From: PVC group bacterium
Lineage (GTDB): Bacteria; Omnitrophota; Gorgyraeia; B26-G9
DNA length: 64,000 nt
Direction: 5' to 3'
NCBI GenBank assembly: GCA_024231215.1
Contig: JAAEQR010000142.1
Coordinates: forward strand, 420,593-484,592
Both the position numbers and the translations under genes were made by a program. Numbering within the stretch: the stretch's first letter is position 1; the number at the start of each line of letters is the position of its first letter. Under the pieces are notes generated by a model. The model saw only the letters and a list, made by a program, of their open reading frames with translations, did not search any database and was not told the DNA's origin. This document shows, in pieces, positions 35,678 to 44,878 of this stretch.

Positions 35678-38269
35678 CTAGCCCCTTTCCCCCTCGATTA
35701 ATTCCATATCTTTCCAGTTCTGCCCTACTTTTAAACTAACTTTTATCGGAACATCTAATCGCAATACATTTTCCATTATATCCTTAACTATTCTCTTAAC
35801 CATCTCCATCTCATCTTTTGGCACTTCAAATACAAGTTCATCATGAACCTGCAGTAACATCACACTTTTTAGTTTCTTTGCCTTGAAGACACGATAGACT
35901 TCAACCATTGCCGCTTTAATTAAATCCGCAGCTGTTCCCTGTATTGGAGTGTTCATTGCCGTACGTTCGGCAAAACTACGCTGCATAGCAAGTTTTGATG
36001 TTATCTGCGGCATATAACGACGCCTATTAAGCAATGTCGTAACATACCCTTTATCCCGCGCATGATCAATCTGTTCCTGCATATATGTTTTTACTAACGG
36101 ATACCGGTTAAAATACTCCGATATAAACTTTTTTGCTTCATCATGAGATACCCCGATATCTTTGGCCAGGCCAAAAGCGCCCATACCATAAACAATACCA
36201 AAGTTAACCCGTTTCGCGATATCACGCATTTTTTTTGTTACGGTATTTTCTTCTACGCCAAAAATCAAAGAAGCGGTAAACGCGTGTATATCCAAATCCT
36301 GCTTGAACGCCTCAATTAGATGTTTATCTTTTGAAAGATGAGCTAAAACACGTAATTCAATCTGTGAATAATCCGCTGCTAAAAGCTGTCGTCCGGAACA
36401 TGCGACAAATACAGCACGAATCTGTCTTCCACTCTCAGTTTTTATCGGTATATTCTGTAAATTCGGAGCACTTGAACTCAATCGTCCGGTTGTAGTTACT
36501 GTCTGATTAAAGGACGTATACACTCTCTTTGTCTGTTTATCAATCAACGCAAGCATTCCATCTATATAGGTTGATTTTAACTTTGTTAATTCCCGGTATT
36601 CCAGAAGAACTGCCGGCAAAGCATGCTGATTTGCTAAAGTCAGCAAAACATCTGCGTCCGTTGAAGGTCCGGTTTTACCTTTTTTTATAACCGGCAACTG
36701 TAATTTTTCAAAAAGCACTTCTCTTAATTGCTTTGTAGAATTTATATTAAATTCACAGCCGCTTATCTTATAAATTTTTTCAATCAACGCTGTTAATTTT
36801 TTATCTATTTTACTCCCCGTAGCCAGTAATAACTTCTCATCTACTTCTATCCCTGCCTGCTGCATAGAAGCAAGCACTCTGACCAAAGGCATTTCCACAT
36901 CAAAAAATAATTCACCTAACCAGTTGTCATTAATTAGCTTGGCTGTTTCATCCTTGATACACATCTGTTCAATTGCCTGAACATCTTTATTTATATTTCT
37001 ATTTAAAAATACTCTTGCAACCTCTTCTATACTTAGTGTTCCTAGATTCGGTTCAAGTAAATACGCAGCAACCATAACATCAAAAAACGGACCGTTTAAA
37101 TATATGCCATGCTGCCCAAGCATGAGACAGACTGTTTTTAAATCATAGCCAATTGTAAGCATATTCTGATCGCTAAAAAATCCGGATAATTCCTTTTTAA
37201 TTGTTTCTAAAGTAATCTTCGAGCCAATCTTAATCCGATACATTCTTGTTTGGTCTTGGGCGATATCAATACAGCAAATACCATTAACTACTTCGGAATC
37301 CGGCCCAATGCATATAGAGCATTCCTTTAACTTCTTTAGTTTCCGCCCTAAGCGTTTCAAAGCCTCAGGTGTTTCAATTATATCTATTGATATTTCAGCC
37401 GAAACTACCGGAGGTTTATTTGATAGCCCTTTTAATAAATTTCTAAACTCTAAATCCTGAAAAATCCGGATTAGTGTTTCTGTATCTTGATCTTGCACTT
37501 TTAATTCGTCCAAAGCATCAACAATATCAACATCTGTAATTAACGTAGCTAATTCTCTACTAAGCCGAGCTTGCTCCTCAAAATCAGTAAGCGATTCTCT
37601 TCTTTTTTTCTGGGTAATCTGGTCTAAATTTTTAAATACACCTTCAAAACTTCCAAATTTCCCAATTAAATCAACCGCTGTTTTCATTCCTATCCCTGGC
37701 ACTCCCGGAATATTATCAGCACTATCACCGGCTAAAGCAAGGAGATCTATTATTTGGCAGGGAGTAACTGAAAAACGCTCAAACACTCGTTTTTCATCTA
37801 TAACCGCGTCATCTTTTTGCGGATTATAAATTTTAACATCTTTATCAACCAGCTGCATCATATCTTTATCCCCGGTAACAATATAGACATCAACCTCTTG
37901 CTTAAATCGCATAACCAGACTGGCAATGAGATCATCTGCCTCATATCCTTCTATTTCAAAGATCGGAATCCCGTACGCGGAAATAACTTCTTTTATTAAA
38001 CCCATTTGGCTTATCAAATCATCCGGCATCGGCTTACGCTGTGCCTTATAATCCTCAAATTTCTCATGTCTATGAGTAGGCCCCTTTAAATCAAAGCATA
38101 TAGCCAGATAATCAGGCTTCACCGTGCTTTTAAGCTTATTCAGCATATTAATAAAACCATAGACAGCACCTGATGGCCTGCCATCAGATGTCGTTAATCC
38201 GCTGACCGCGTAATAAGCGCGATAACAATAGGAATTTCCATCGACAATGTATAGATTTTTTCTTTGCAT
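35678..38269 (-). CDS. polA: DNA polymerase I
   Basis: 5'-3' exo VDGNS..YRAY, GYEADD, GDSADNIPGV; Pol TGRLSS..PNLQNIP, ADYSQIELR, AKRVNFGIVYG, QVHDEL. Confidence 0.97.
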   Translation of the reverse strand: MQRKNLYIVDGNSYCYRAYYAVSGLTTSDGRPSGAVYGFINMLNKLKSTVKPDYLAICFDLKGPTHRHEKFEDYKAQRKPMPDDLISQMGLIKEVISAYGIPIFEIEGYEADDLIASLVMRFKQEVDVYIVTGDKDMMQLVDKDVKIYNPQKDDAVIDEKRVFERFSVTPCQIIDLLALAGDSADNIPGVPGIGMKTAVDLIGKFGSFEGVFKNLDQITQKKRRESLTDFEEQARLSRELATLITDVDIVDALDELKVQDQDTETLIRIFQDLEFRNLLKGLSNKPPVVSAEISIDIIETPEALKRLGRKLKKLKECSICIGPDSEVVNGICCIDIAQDQTRMYRIKIGSKITLETIKKELSGFFSDQNMLTIGYDLKTVCLMLGQHGIYLNGPFFDVMVAAYLLEPNLGTLSIEEVARVFLNRNINKDVQAIEQMCIKDETAKLINDNWLGELFFDVEMPLVRVLASMQQAGIEVDEKLLLATGSKIDKKLTALIEKIYKISGCEFNINSTKQLREVLFEKLQLPVIKKGKTGPSTDADVLLTLANQHALPAVLLEYRELTKLKSTYIDGMLALIDKQTKRVYTSFNQTVTTTGRLSSSAPNLQNIPIKTESGRQIRAVFVACSGRQLLAADYSQIELRVLAHLSKDKHLIEAFKQDLDIHAFTASLIFGVEENTVTKKMRDIAKRVNFGIVYGMGAFGLAKDIGVSHDEAKKFISEYFNRYPLVKTYMQEQIDHARDKGYVTTLLNRRRYMPQITSKLAMQRSFAERTAMNTPIQGTAADLIKAAMVEVYRVFKAKKLKSVMLLQVHDELVFEVPKDEMEMVKRIVKDIMENVLRLDVPIKVSLKVGQNWKDMELIEGERG

Positions 38270-38370
38270 TAATTAGGGAATTTTGGTCTCTTCATACCTT
38301 AATAAGAGGATTATTGTTTAGCGGCGTGAGCCCCCCAACTGCTCAAATCAGTTACTTATACTAGTACCAG

Positions 38371-40275
38371 CTAAATAGAATCACTATTGCTCTCTACTGT
38401 TTCACCGGTTGGTGCGATAATTCGGGCAGTAACAAATATCAACAGGTTTCTTTTCTGTTTATTATCATATTTACGGCTGAATAAACTTCCGACTATCGGA
38501 AGACTACCCACAACTGGAATACGATCTACTGTATGCTCTACAACTTCCCGCATCAAGCCCCCCATTACTACCGTATCATTATTATTTACTACGATACTCG
38601 CTGTGCAATTACGTACTGCAAAAAACGGCTGTTTAAACGGCTGAGCCTCTGTACCAAAATTGTACATATCTTTTTCGATATCGAATTCACTTACCTCAGG
38701 TACAAGTGTCAGGTTTATAGTCTTGCCGTCTGTGCCAACATTCGGCGTTACTTTTAAGATAATACCAATATCACGTGTTTTAAAATCAGCCGGCACTGTC
38801 GTAAAATACGTTTTATTATCCGACTCCCAGGTTTTAACTTCATATTTTGTGGGATAACGATATTCTTTCACAATTTTAATAATTGCTTCCTGCCCGCTGA
38901 TTGTCGTGATTTTCGGAGAAGAAAGTGTATTGTTCTTTGTATTCTGTTCAATCGCCGAAAGCATAGCCTGAAACTGGGAAAGATCCAGCTTACCCAAGGT
39001 AAAATCACCCGCAGAAGATGTTGGGAATGCATCCACAAATTTATTGTTTTCATTTTTATTAAACGGATATGAGTGAGGCTGATTTGACCCTGTAGCAGTC
39101 ACCTGCCCGGAAACCTTTAAACCTAAAGAAAATAAATCATCATCACCAATCTCCACAAAACGTGCCTCAATCATTACCTGAGGAGGAGCAACATCCAAGA
39201 CTTCCAACGCCTGCTCAAGTAAAGCCAAGTTACTCGGAGTATTTCGTACAATAAGCGTGCTGGTACGATTATCCAGAAATATACTACTGCCTTCGGGCCA
39301 TGCAACAATTTCTTCCAGCACATCTTTTATCGTCAATGCTATCTTTCCATCTACTCCTCCGGAACCACCAATCTTTACTCCTTCAAATGTATCCACGCCA
39401 TCATCATAAGTACCTCTATCCTCGGCACCTTCCTCACCTTCTCCTTCTTCAATCCCACCCGAAGAAGATGAGGCAACAATAAGCTTATCGGCACGCAAAG
39501 CTTTAATTGTTACCGTATCAAAAGTGGTAAAAGTAGTATATGTGGCCAGCCCCTGACTAAGATGATAAATCCGGGTAGTAAAATCTTCATTTTCAATCGC
39601 ACTCTTAGTCGTAACCCAGATATAATCTTCTTCAAAACTATACGCCAGCCCCTTAGACCGCAAAATCATCTCCAGAGCCTTTACTACCGTAACATCTTTT
39701 ATCTTTATACTAATTGTTCCTGCCTTAGATACTGCAGAATCATCAAACACTATATTGATATCACTTACATCAGATAAATAATGTAATACTTTAGTTAATT
39801 TCGCATCACTGAAATCAATGCCAACAACTTTGCTTTCCGCCTCTGCTTTCAGCTTGTTGGTTATGCGTTTCTGGATACCAGGCCAGGGAACATTGGTTGT
39901 CGGTTCTTCTATCAGCCAAGCTTTATCTGAATCCAACACCCTTTTATCCTCTAGGATCTTTTTATCAATCATTGCCTGGTGATGGGCTCTTTCTAACCTT
40001 TCCAATTCGACTTCTTGAATAGCACTTACAAGAGATGCATTATTCGGATCTAATTTAAGCGCAAACTCAAACTGACGTCTAGCTTTATCGTAATCGCCCT
40101 CTGCCCAGTAACTATTAGCGCTTTCTATGAAATCATTTGCTTGTGCCGGAACAATTTCTTCCCAGTCACTTTCTCTGGTAAAATATTCTTCTTCTGTAAT
40201 TTCCTGCGCAAAGGTAAAAGGTTGAACTCCTAAGAATAAGGACAAGAGGATTAATATGAAGATAACTCGTTTCAT
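38371..40275 (-). CDS. Type II/IV secretin (GspD/PilQ family) with N-terminal TPR
   Basis: Signal peptide, TPR (ALKLDPNN), N0 IDFSDAKL..VL, N3 DNRTSTLIVRNT, PQVMIEARFVE, LSSPKITT, DIGIILKVTP, GGLM, IP.VG.LP.VG.LF, LLIFVT. Confidence 0.92.
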   Translation of the reverse strand: MKRVIFILILLSLFLGVQPFTFAQEITEEEYFTRESDWEEIVPAQANDFIESANSYWAEGDYDKARRQFEFALKLDPNNASLVSAIQEVELERLERAHHQAMIDKKILEDKRVLDSDKAWLIEEPTTNVPWPGIQKRITNKLKAEAESKVVGIDFSDAKLTKVLHYLSDVSDINIVFDDSAVSKAGTISIKIKDVTVVKALEMILRSKGLAYSFEEDYIWVTTKSAIENEDFTTRIYHLSQGLATYTTFTTFDTVTIKALRADKLIVASSSSGGIEEGEGEEGAEDRGTYDDGVDTFEGVKIGGSGGVDGKIALTIKDVLEEIVAWPEGSSIFLDNRTSTLIVRNTPSNLALLEQALEVLDVAPPQVMIEARFVEIGDDDLFSLGLKVSGQVTATGSNQPHSYPFNKNENNKFVDAFPTSSAGDFTLGKLDLSQFQAMLSAIEQNTKNNTLSSPKITTISGQEAIIKIVKEYRYPTKYEVKTWESDNKTYFTTVPADFKTRDIGIILKVTPNVGTDGKTINLTLVPEVSEFDIEKDMYNFGTEAQPFKQPFFAVRNCTASIVVNNNDTVVMGGLMREVVEHTVDRIPVVGSLPIVGSLFSRKYDNKQKRNLLIFVTARIIAPTGETVESNSDSI

Positions 40276-41045
40276 TTATGCACCATTCCTTTCTCTAACT
40301 TCAAGTGCTGTCCCTGTTTAGATACTAACACATGGTCTTCCAATATGTCAAGGACCTTATAACCAAAAAATTCACTATCTTTACTTACCACCAAGGTTCT
40401 TTGAGAATTATATTCTTTAATTTTAGCAATGCGACTTTTACTATACGCCGCTTTTCTAAATTCAATTTTAATAGTTTTTGAATCCTCAGATTCCAATGTT
40501 ATACATTCAGGATCTAATTGACTTACCGTATAACCACCAATTTTAGAACCAACACGCACTAAGTATGTATGCTTTTTAAAATTTACCTGCGCAACCAATC
40601 CTTTCTCATCATCAAAAACAATCCGGCCCAAATAATCAATGCCTACCGGCTTATACTCTATCGTAAGCACTTCCAAAACCGGAGTTTTTGAAGTATTTTT
40701 CTCAACCGGTTCCGGGACAAAAACTTCTTCTGTCTTATTTATCCGTTTTTTAAACTTAGCAAAGATATTACGTTTTGTTTCCTGGGCTTGCATCTGAACA
40801 ACTACTTCTTCTATGTTCTGCAAAGAATATGGAGCAGTAGCCAAATATTGCTTCTGCCAGTCTTTTAGATCTCCCGGGTATTCTCCCAGTATCTTTAACT
40901 GACGCGCCATTTGCTCCTTATAGCTACTTGTTTCCCGGGCACAAGAAGCAATCACAATAAGCAGTAAAAAAAACATCGTTAAAAAGCTTATTTTTTCCCA
41001 ATTTTTACCAATTATCTTCATAACCTTATATCTCTTTGTGTTCAA
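40272..41045 (-). CDS. Pilus-associated hypothetical protein (PilP/Amuc_1099-like position)
   Basis: N-terminal TM, beta-rich C-term (VRVGSKIGGYTV) between PilO-like gene and secretin. Confidence 0.6.
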   Translation of the reverse strand: MNTKRYKVMKIIGKNWEKISFLTMFFLLLIVIASCARETSSYKEQMARQLKILGEYPGDLKDWQKQYLATAPYSLQNIEEVVVQMQAQETKRNIFAKFKKRINKTEEVFVPEPVEKNTSKTPVLEVLTIEYKPVGIDYLGRIVFDDEKGLVAQVNFKKHTYLVRVGSKIGGYTVSQLDPECITLESEDSKTIKIEFRKAAYSKSRIAKIKEYNSQRTLVVSKDSEFFGYKVLDILEDHVLVSKQGQHLKLEKGMVHK

Positions 41046-41757
41046 GTTCGATATTAACTAAAAGGTATTTCTCTGCATCTTTTTTACGCTGAATACTTAT
41101 TTTTTCCACAATATAAATACGTTCTGTTTCTACCAATTCTTTTAAAAAATGATTTAGTGACGAAAAATCAGATTCCAATGATAACTGCATCGGAATCGTC
41201 TTCAATGCTCCATTATGGTATTCATGAGAAAGCTTGATTTGTGTAATAGCGTTCACACGGCTATTTAACAATAAGCTTACAACCTCTTCTGCGGCAATAA
41301 GTTCTTTATTCAAAACTATAATTTGTTCTTGCTCAGGCACAGCAAAATCATATTCCTGAAAACCCAACGATTCCGGCAACCCAATATCTTTTGCAGACGC
41401 TTTTTGTTTTATTTTTTCCTGAAAATCGAAAAGTTTTTCTTTAAACGCTAAAGGTGTATTTGAGATTGCAGTTTCATCAAAAGAGCACGTAAAAACCCTA
41501 ACAAATTCAACATATTTTTTATGCAAATCCTGCGCGATAAATTCCTGTCTTTCCAGAACTTCATCCGGCCCTACTCCGTAAACAGCTCGATAGTGCTGCA
41601 ATCGATCTTTCAACTCTACAGATTCTACACAGCTACGCCGGTTAATATAAATCCCTATTCCAGCCGTAAGCATTAATACAATGCTCCCAATACATAGAAT
41701 AGTAATCAAGCTTATGGTTCCTTTGAATTTCTGGATTAAAAGTTTATTCACCTTCAT
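41026..41757 (-). CDS. PilO-like / Amuc_1100-family pilus protein
   Basis: N-term TM + coiled coil; TPLAFKEKL...A....LPESLGFQEY...P motif; ferredoxin-like C-term; downstream of PilM/N. Confidence 0.7.
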   Translation of the reverse strand: MKVNKLLIQKFKGTISLITILCIGSIVLMLTAGIGIYINRRSCVESVELKDRLQHYRAVYGVGPDEVLERQEFIAQDLHKKYVEFVRVFTCSFDETAISNTPLAFKEKLFDFQEKIKQKASAKDIGLPESLGFQEYDFAVPEQEQIIVLNKELIAAEEVVSLLLNSRVNAITQIKLSHEYHNGALKTIPMQLSLESDFSSLNHFLKELVETERIYIVEKISIQRKKDAEKYLLVNIELEHKEI

Positions 41758-43363
41758 TATTTATCGCCTTTTTTAACTTTAAAGCTAATGAAAAATTTAT
41801 TATACCGGTATCATCTTTGCCAACTGTTCCTATCTGAACCTCTTTAAATTCATCTTTTCCGTTTAGAGACTCTTGAAACAAACCTACATCCTCTAAATCT
41901 CCCGAGCAAAATCCACGCAATCCAATACTACCGCCATTCCAGTCTGCTTCTAAGCTATCAATCCATATTGTCTCCGGCATTACTGCGGCAATATAGCCGA
42001 TTGTTAAAACCGCTACGTATTTTCTCTGAAAAGTCTCAGACATCAAAGCAACTGTATTCTCATACCCAGCTCCAACCTCTTCTAATTGTTTCTGTCTTTT
42101 TTCACTTCGCTCATATTGAAACACCTGTTCTGCCGCTTCATTAACATATCCCTGATTTAAAAAATATTTATTAAAAATAAAAATATTGCAAACAAACAGC
42201 ATCAGGAACAAAAAACCCGCTGAGGCAATAATAAACGGTCTTTTTTTCTTAAAACTTTTAATTTGCAGCTGCTCTTCCGGTAAAAGATTTATATTCACCA
42301 CAAAACGCCGCATTCCTCTTAATGCCGAACCTATAGACGCTCCTAAAAATTCATTCAACCCAACATTTACATCCGGATGCACACTTAAGGCATCAAAATA
42401 GTCTATTTTCTCTACTTTCAAAGCAAGACTGTTTTCAAAGAACTTATCTATATTTTCAATTTTGCTTACCCCACCGGTTAACAAAACTTTACGTAAATTA
42501 AATTCAGTCTTATCCTGTGACCGGCAAAAATTCAATGTATTTACAACTTCATTCGTCAAATCTGTCAATACATTGGTTATCGCTTCAGCCGCCTTTTCTT
42601 CAATCTCTGCTTGCTGTTTTTCCCGCCCATAATAGAGCATCAAAATCTTGCCCTTTTCTATTTTCATCTTTTCTGCAGCAAATCGATCTACATTCAAACT
42701 AGCGGCAATTGCTTCAGTAATATCCTCTCCTCCTATAGGCAAACTTCTCGTCCAGATTTTTCGAGAATCACTTACAATAATGGTTGTTGTCTTTGCTCCG
42801 CAGTCTAAAATCAACGTATCTTTTAAATCCGGGTAATAGTAATGCAAGCAATTATACAAAGACAAATTGCAAACATCCATAAATTCCACATCAAGCGCAC
42901 AATCTTCGGCAACCCGAAGTATGGACATAACAAATTCTTTTTTTACAGCCGCTAGCAGTACATTTAGCTGTTTTTTATCTCTACCATATACCTGATAGCC
43001 CCAAACAACATCATTCATCGGAAAAGGAATCTGCTGCTGAATTTCATAAAGCACTATCTGACGTAGTTTTTTAGGTGCTGTAACCGGAATATTTACCAAA
43101 CGGACAAAAGCAGATTGTCCGGCAATTGATATTCCTGTTTTTACATTTTTTAATTTCTTCTCTTGGCGGAGAAATTTCTTTAGAATATATTCTAAAACTG
43201 ACGCCTGATACTGAGGTCCTGCGTCTGAAGAACTACCATATTCTTCATAGACGGTCTTTAATAACTTTAACCGTCCTCCTTTTTCCCGGCTTAAAAGTGC
43301 AATTTTAACTGCACTCGCGCCAATATCAATACCTAGAAATAGATTTTTTTCCAAATTAGACAT
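41744..43363 (-). CDS. pilM: Type IV pilus assembly PilM-PilN fusion (start moved to ATG 43363)
   Basis: GIDIGASAVK, E..QQIPFP, ILDCGAKTT, GGEDIT, LTGG.S; INLLP then TM and PilN-like domain. Confidence 0.88.
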   Translation of the reverse strand: MSNLEKNLFLGIDIGASAVKIALLSREKGGRLKLLKTVYEEYGSSSDAGPQYQASVLEYILKKFLRQEKKLKNVKTGISIAGQSAFVRLVNIPVTAPKKLRQIVLYEIQQQIPFPMNDVVWGYQVYGRDKKQLNVLLAAVKKEFVMSILRVAEDCALDVEFMDVCNLSLYNCLHYYYPDLKDTLILDCGAKTTTIIVSDSRKIWTRSLPIGGEDITEAIAASLNVDRFAAEKMKIEKGKILMLYYGREKQQAEIEEKAAEAITNVLTDLTNEVVNTLNFCRSQDKTEFNLRKVLLTGGVSKIENIDKFFENSLALKVEKIDYFDALSVHPDVNVGLNEFLGASIGSALRGMRRFVVNINLLPEEQLQIKSFKKKRPFIIASAGFLFLMLFVCNIFIFNKYFLNQGYVNEAAEQVFQYERSEKRQKQLEEVGAGYENTVALMSETFQRKYVAVLTIGYIAAVMPETIWIDSLEADWNGGSIGLRGFCSGDLEDVGLFQESLNGKDEFKEVQIGTVGKDDTGIINFSLALKLKKAINNEGE

Positions 43364-43529
43364 ATTACATCCTATAGACAAAATTTCCTTTGATTATTTT
43401 ATAGGTAAGCCATTTAAATCCCTGCCTATGGCCTAATCCTTTAAGTCTACCCCTTCCTTCCCTGAAAAGGTGATAAATAAGGCAAGCATCTGAATTGTCG
43501 GTAAGCTACAACCCTTTCAAATCATATAA

Positions 43530-43558
43530 TATATAGCATATTTAGAGGCATTTGTCAA
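43530..43558 (-). promoter_or_regulatory. Putative promoter for pilM-secretin operon
   Basis: Minus strand TTGACA-17 nt-TATATA with extended TGn. Confidence 0.45.
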
Positions 43559-43627
43559 TAGCTGCGCCATTTTCTCGAAAAAACAATCGGGACATTTTCA
43601 GAAATCTTACTCATAACTGCAATGTTA

Positions 43628-44872
43628 TCAACCAGTTAAAGATTTAATTAGAGTAATTAGGGGCAAAAACATGGCAAGGACAATAATTCCGACGACAACA
43701 CCCATCGTGATTATCAACATCGGCTCAAGTAAGGAAGTTAAACTGTTGGCCGTAATCTCAACCTCTTCCTCATATGTATCAGAAACTTTGGCCAGCATTT
43801 TATCTAAAGATCCACTCTCTTCTCCTACGGCAATCATATCAACCATCAATTGGGGGAAAACCCCGCTGTTTTCAAGTACTTTGGCAATAAAACCACCTTC
43901 CCGCACACTCTCATAAACACTACCGATAGCTTTGGTCATAACTTCGTTTTCACTTATCTCTTTTGTCAATTCCAAAGCTCCCAATATCTGTACTCCTCCG
44001 CTAATAAGAGTTGCCAGCGTACGGGCAAAACGCGCTGCAGTTATTTTTTTAATCAATATTCCAAAAACAGGAACATTTAATTTGACACTATCTTTAAAAT
44101 AACGAAATTTATAGTTTCGCAGCATAAGTTTGTAAGCTAACCCTAAAAGACCTACCCCGCCCAGCAAAAGATACCAGTGAACACGCAAAAACCCGGTAAT
44201 ATTTAAAACAAGCTGAGTAAGCCAAGGCAATTCAGCACCTACATCTTTAAATAATTCCATGAAATTGGGGATAACAAAAGTAATAATAATCCCTAATATT
44301 ACTACGGCAATAATAAGCACAAGTGCCGGATAAATCAAAGCTGAACTAATCTTCTGTTGTAATTTCAGATTTCTTTCCAAGTAATCTGCCAACCGTTTTA
44401 ATACTTTATCCAATGCTCCGCCGGTTTCCCCAGCTTTAACAATATTAATATATACTTTTGAAAATGAACCAGGGTATTGTGACAACGCATCACTTAGCGG
44501 CCGGCCTGATTCAATAATCTCGACAAGATCGCCGACCATTGCACTCATTGCCTCAAAACGCGCCTGTTTCTTCAAAGTACGTAATGCCTGGATAAGAGAT
44601 AATCCTGCCTCGATCAATACAGCAAGCTGTCGGGTGAAAATAACCAGATCCTGTGGTTTTATTTTACGTATGCGAGGACTAAATAAACCACTTTTACCTA
44701 ACGCGGAAAATAGCCCTTCTTTAATTTTACTCTCACCCGCGGGCACTACTTCCACCGAAAAAAGACCTCTTTGGCGCAGTAATCCAACCACATCCGGCAC
44801 AGAAGTTCCTTCCATTTGCCCAGTAACTTCATTTCCCTCTCGGTTCATTGCGATATAATCAAATAATGCCAT
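43628..44872 (-). CDS. pilC: Type IV pilus platform protein PilC (GspF family)
   Basis: FTRQLAVLI.AG, AGETGG.LD..L.RLA, SALIYP, RFARTLATL, GEESGSLD.ML, LLEP, AMFLP. Confidence 0.93.
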   Translation of the reverse strand: MALFDYIAMNREGNEVTGQMEGTSVPDVVGLLRQRGLFSVEVVPAGESKIKEGLFSALGKSGLFSPRIRKIKPQDLVIFTRQLAVLIEAGLSLIQALRTLKKQARFEAMSAMVGDLVEIIESGRPLSDALSQYPGSFSKVYINIVKAGETGGALDKVLKRLADYLERNLKLQQKISSALIYPALVLIIAVVILGIIITFVIPNFMELFKDVGAELPWLTQLVLNITGFLRVHWYLLLGGVGLLGLAYKLMLRNYKFRYFKDSVKLNVPVFGILIKKITAARFARTLATLISGGVQILGALELTKEISENEVMTKAIGSVYESVREGGFIAKVLENSGVFPQLMVDMIAVGEESGSLDKMLAKVSDTYEEEVEITANSLTSLLEPMLIITMGVVVGIIVLAMFLPLITLIKSLTG

Positions 44873-44878
44873 AATATT

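Noticed and set aside
36900-37400. Degenerate 3'-5' exonuclease domain of PolA
   Set aside because: Loss of proofreading motifs is common in bacterial Pol I and not unusual
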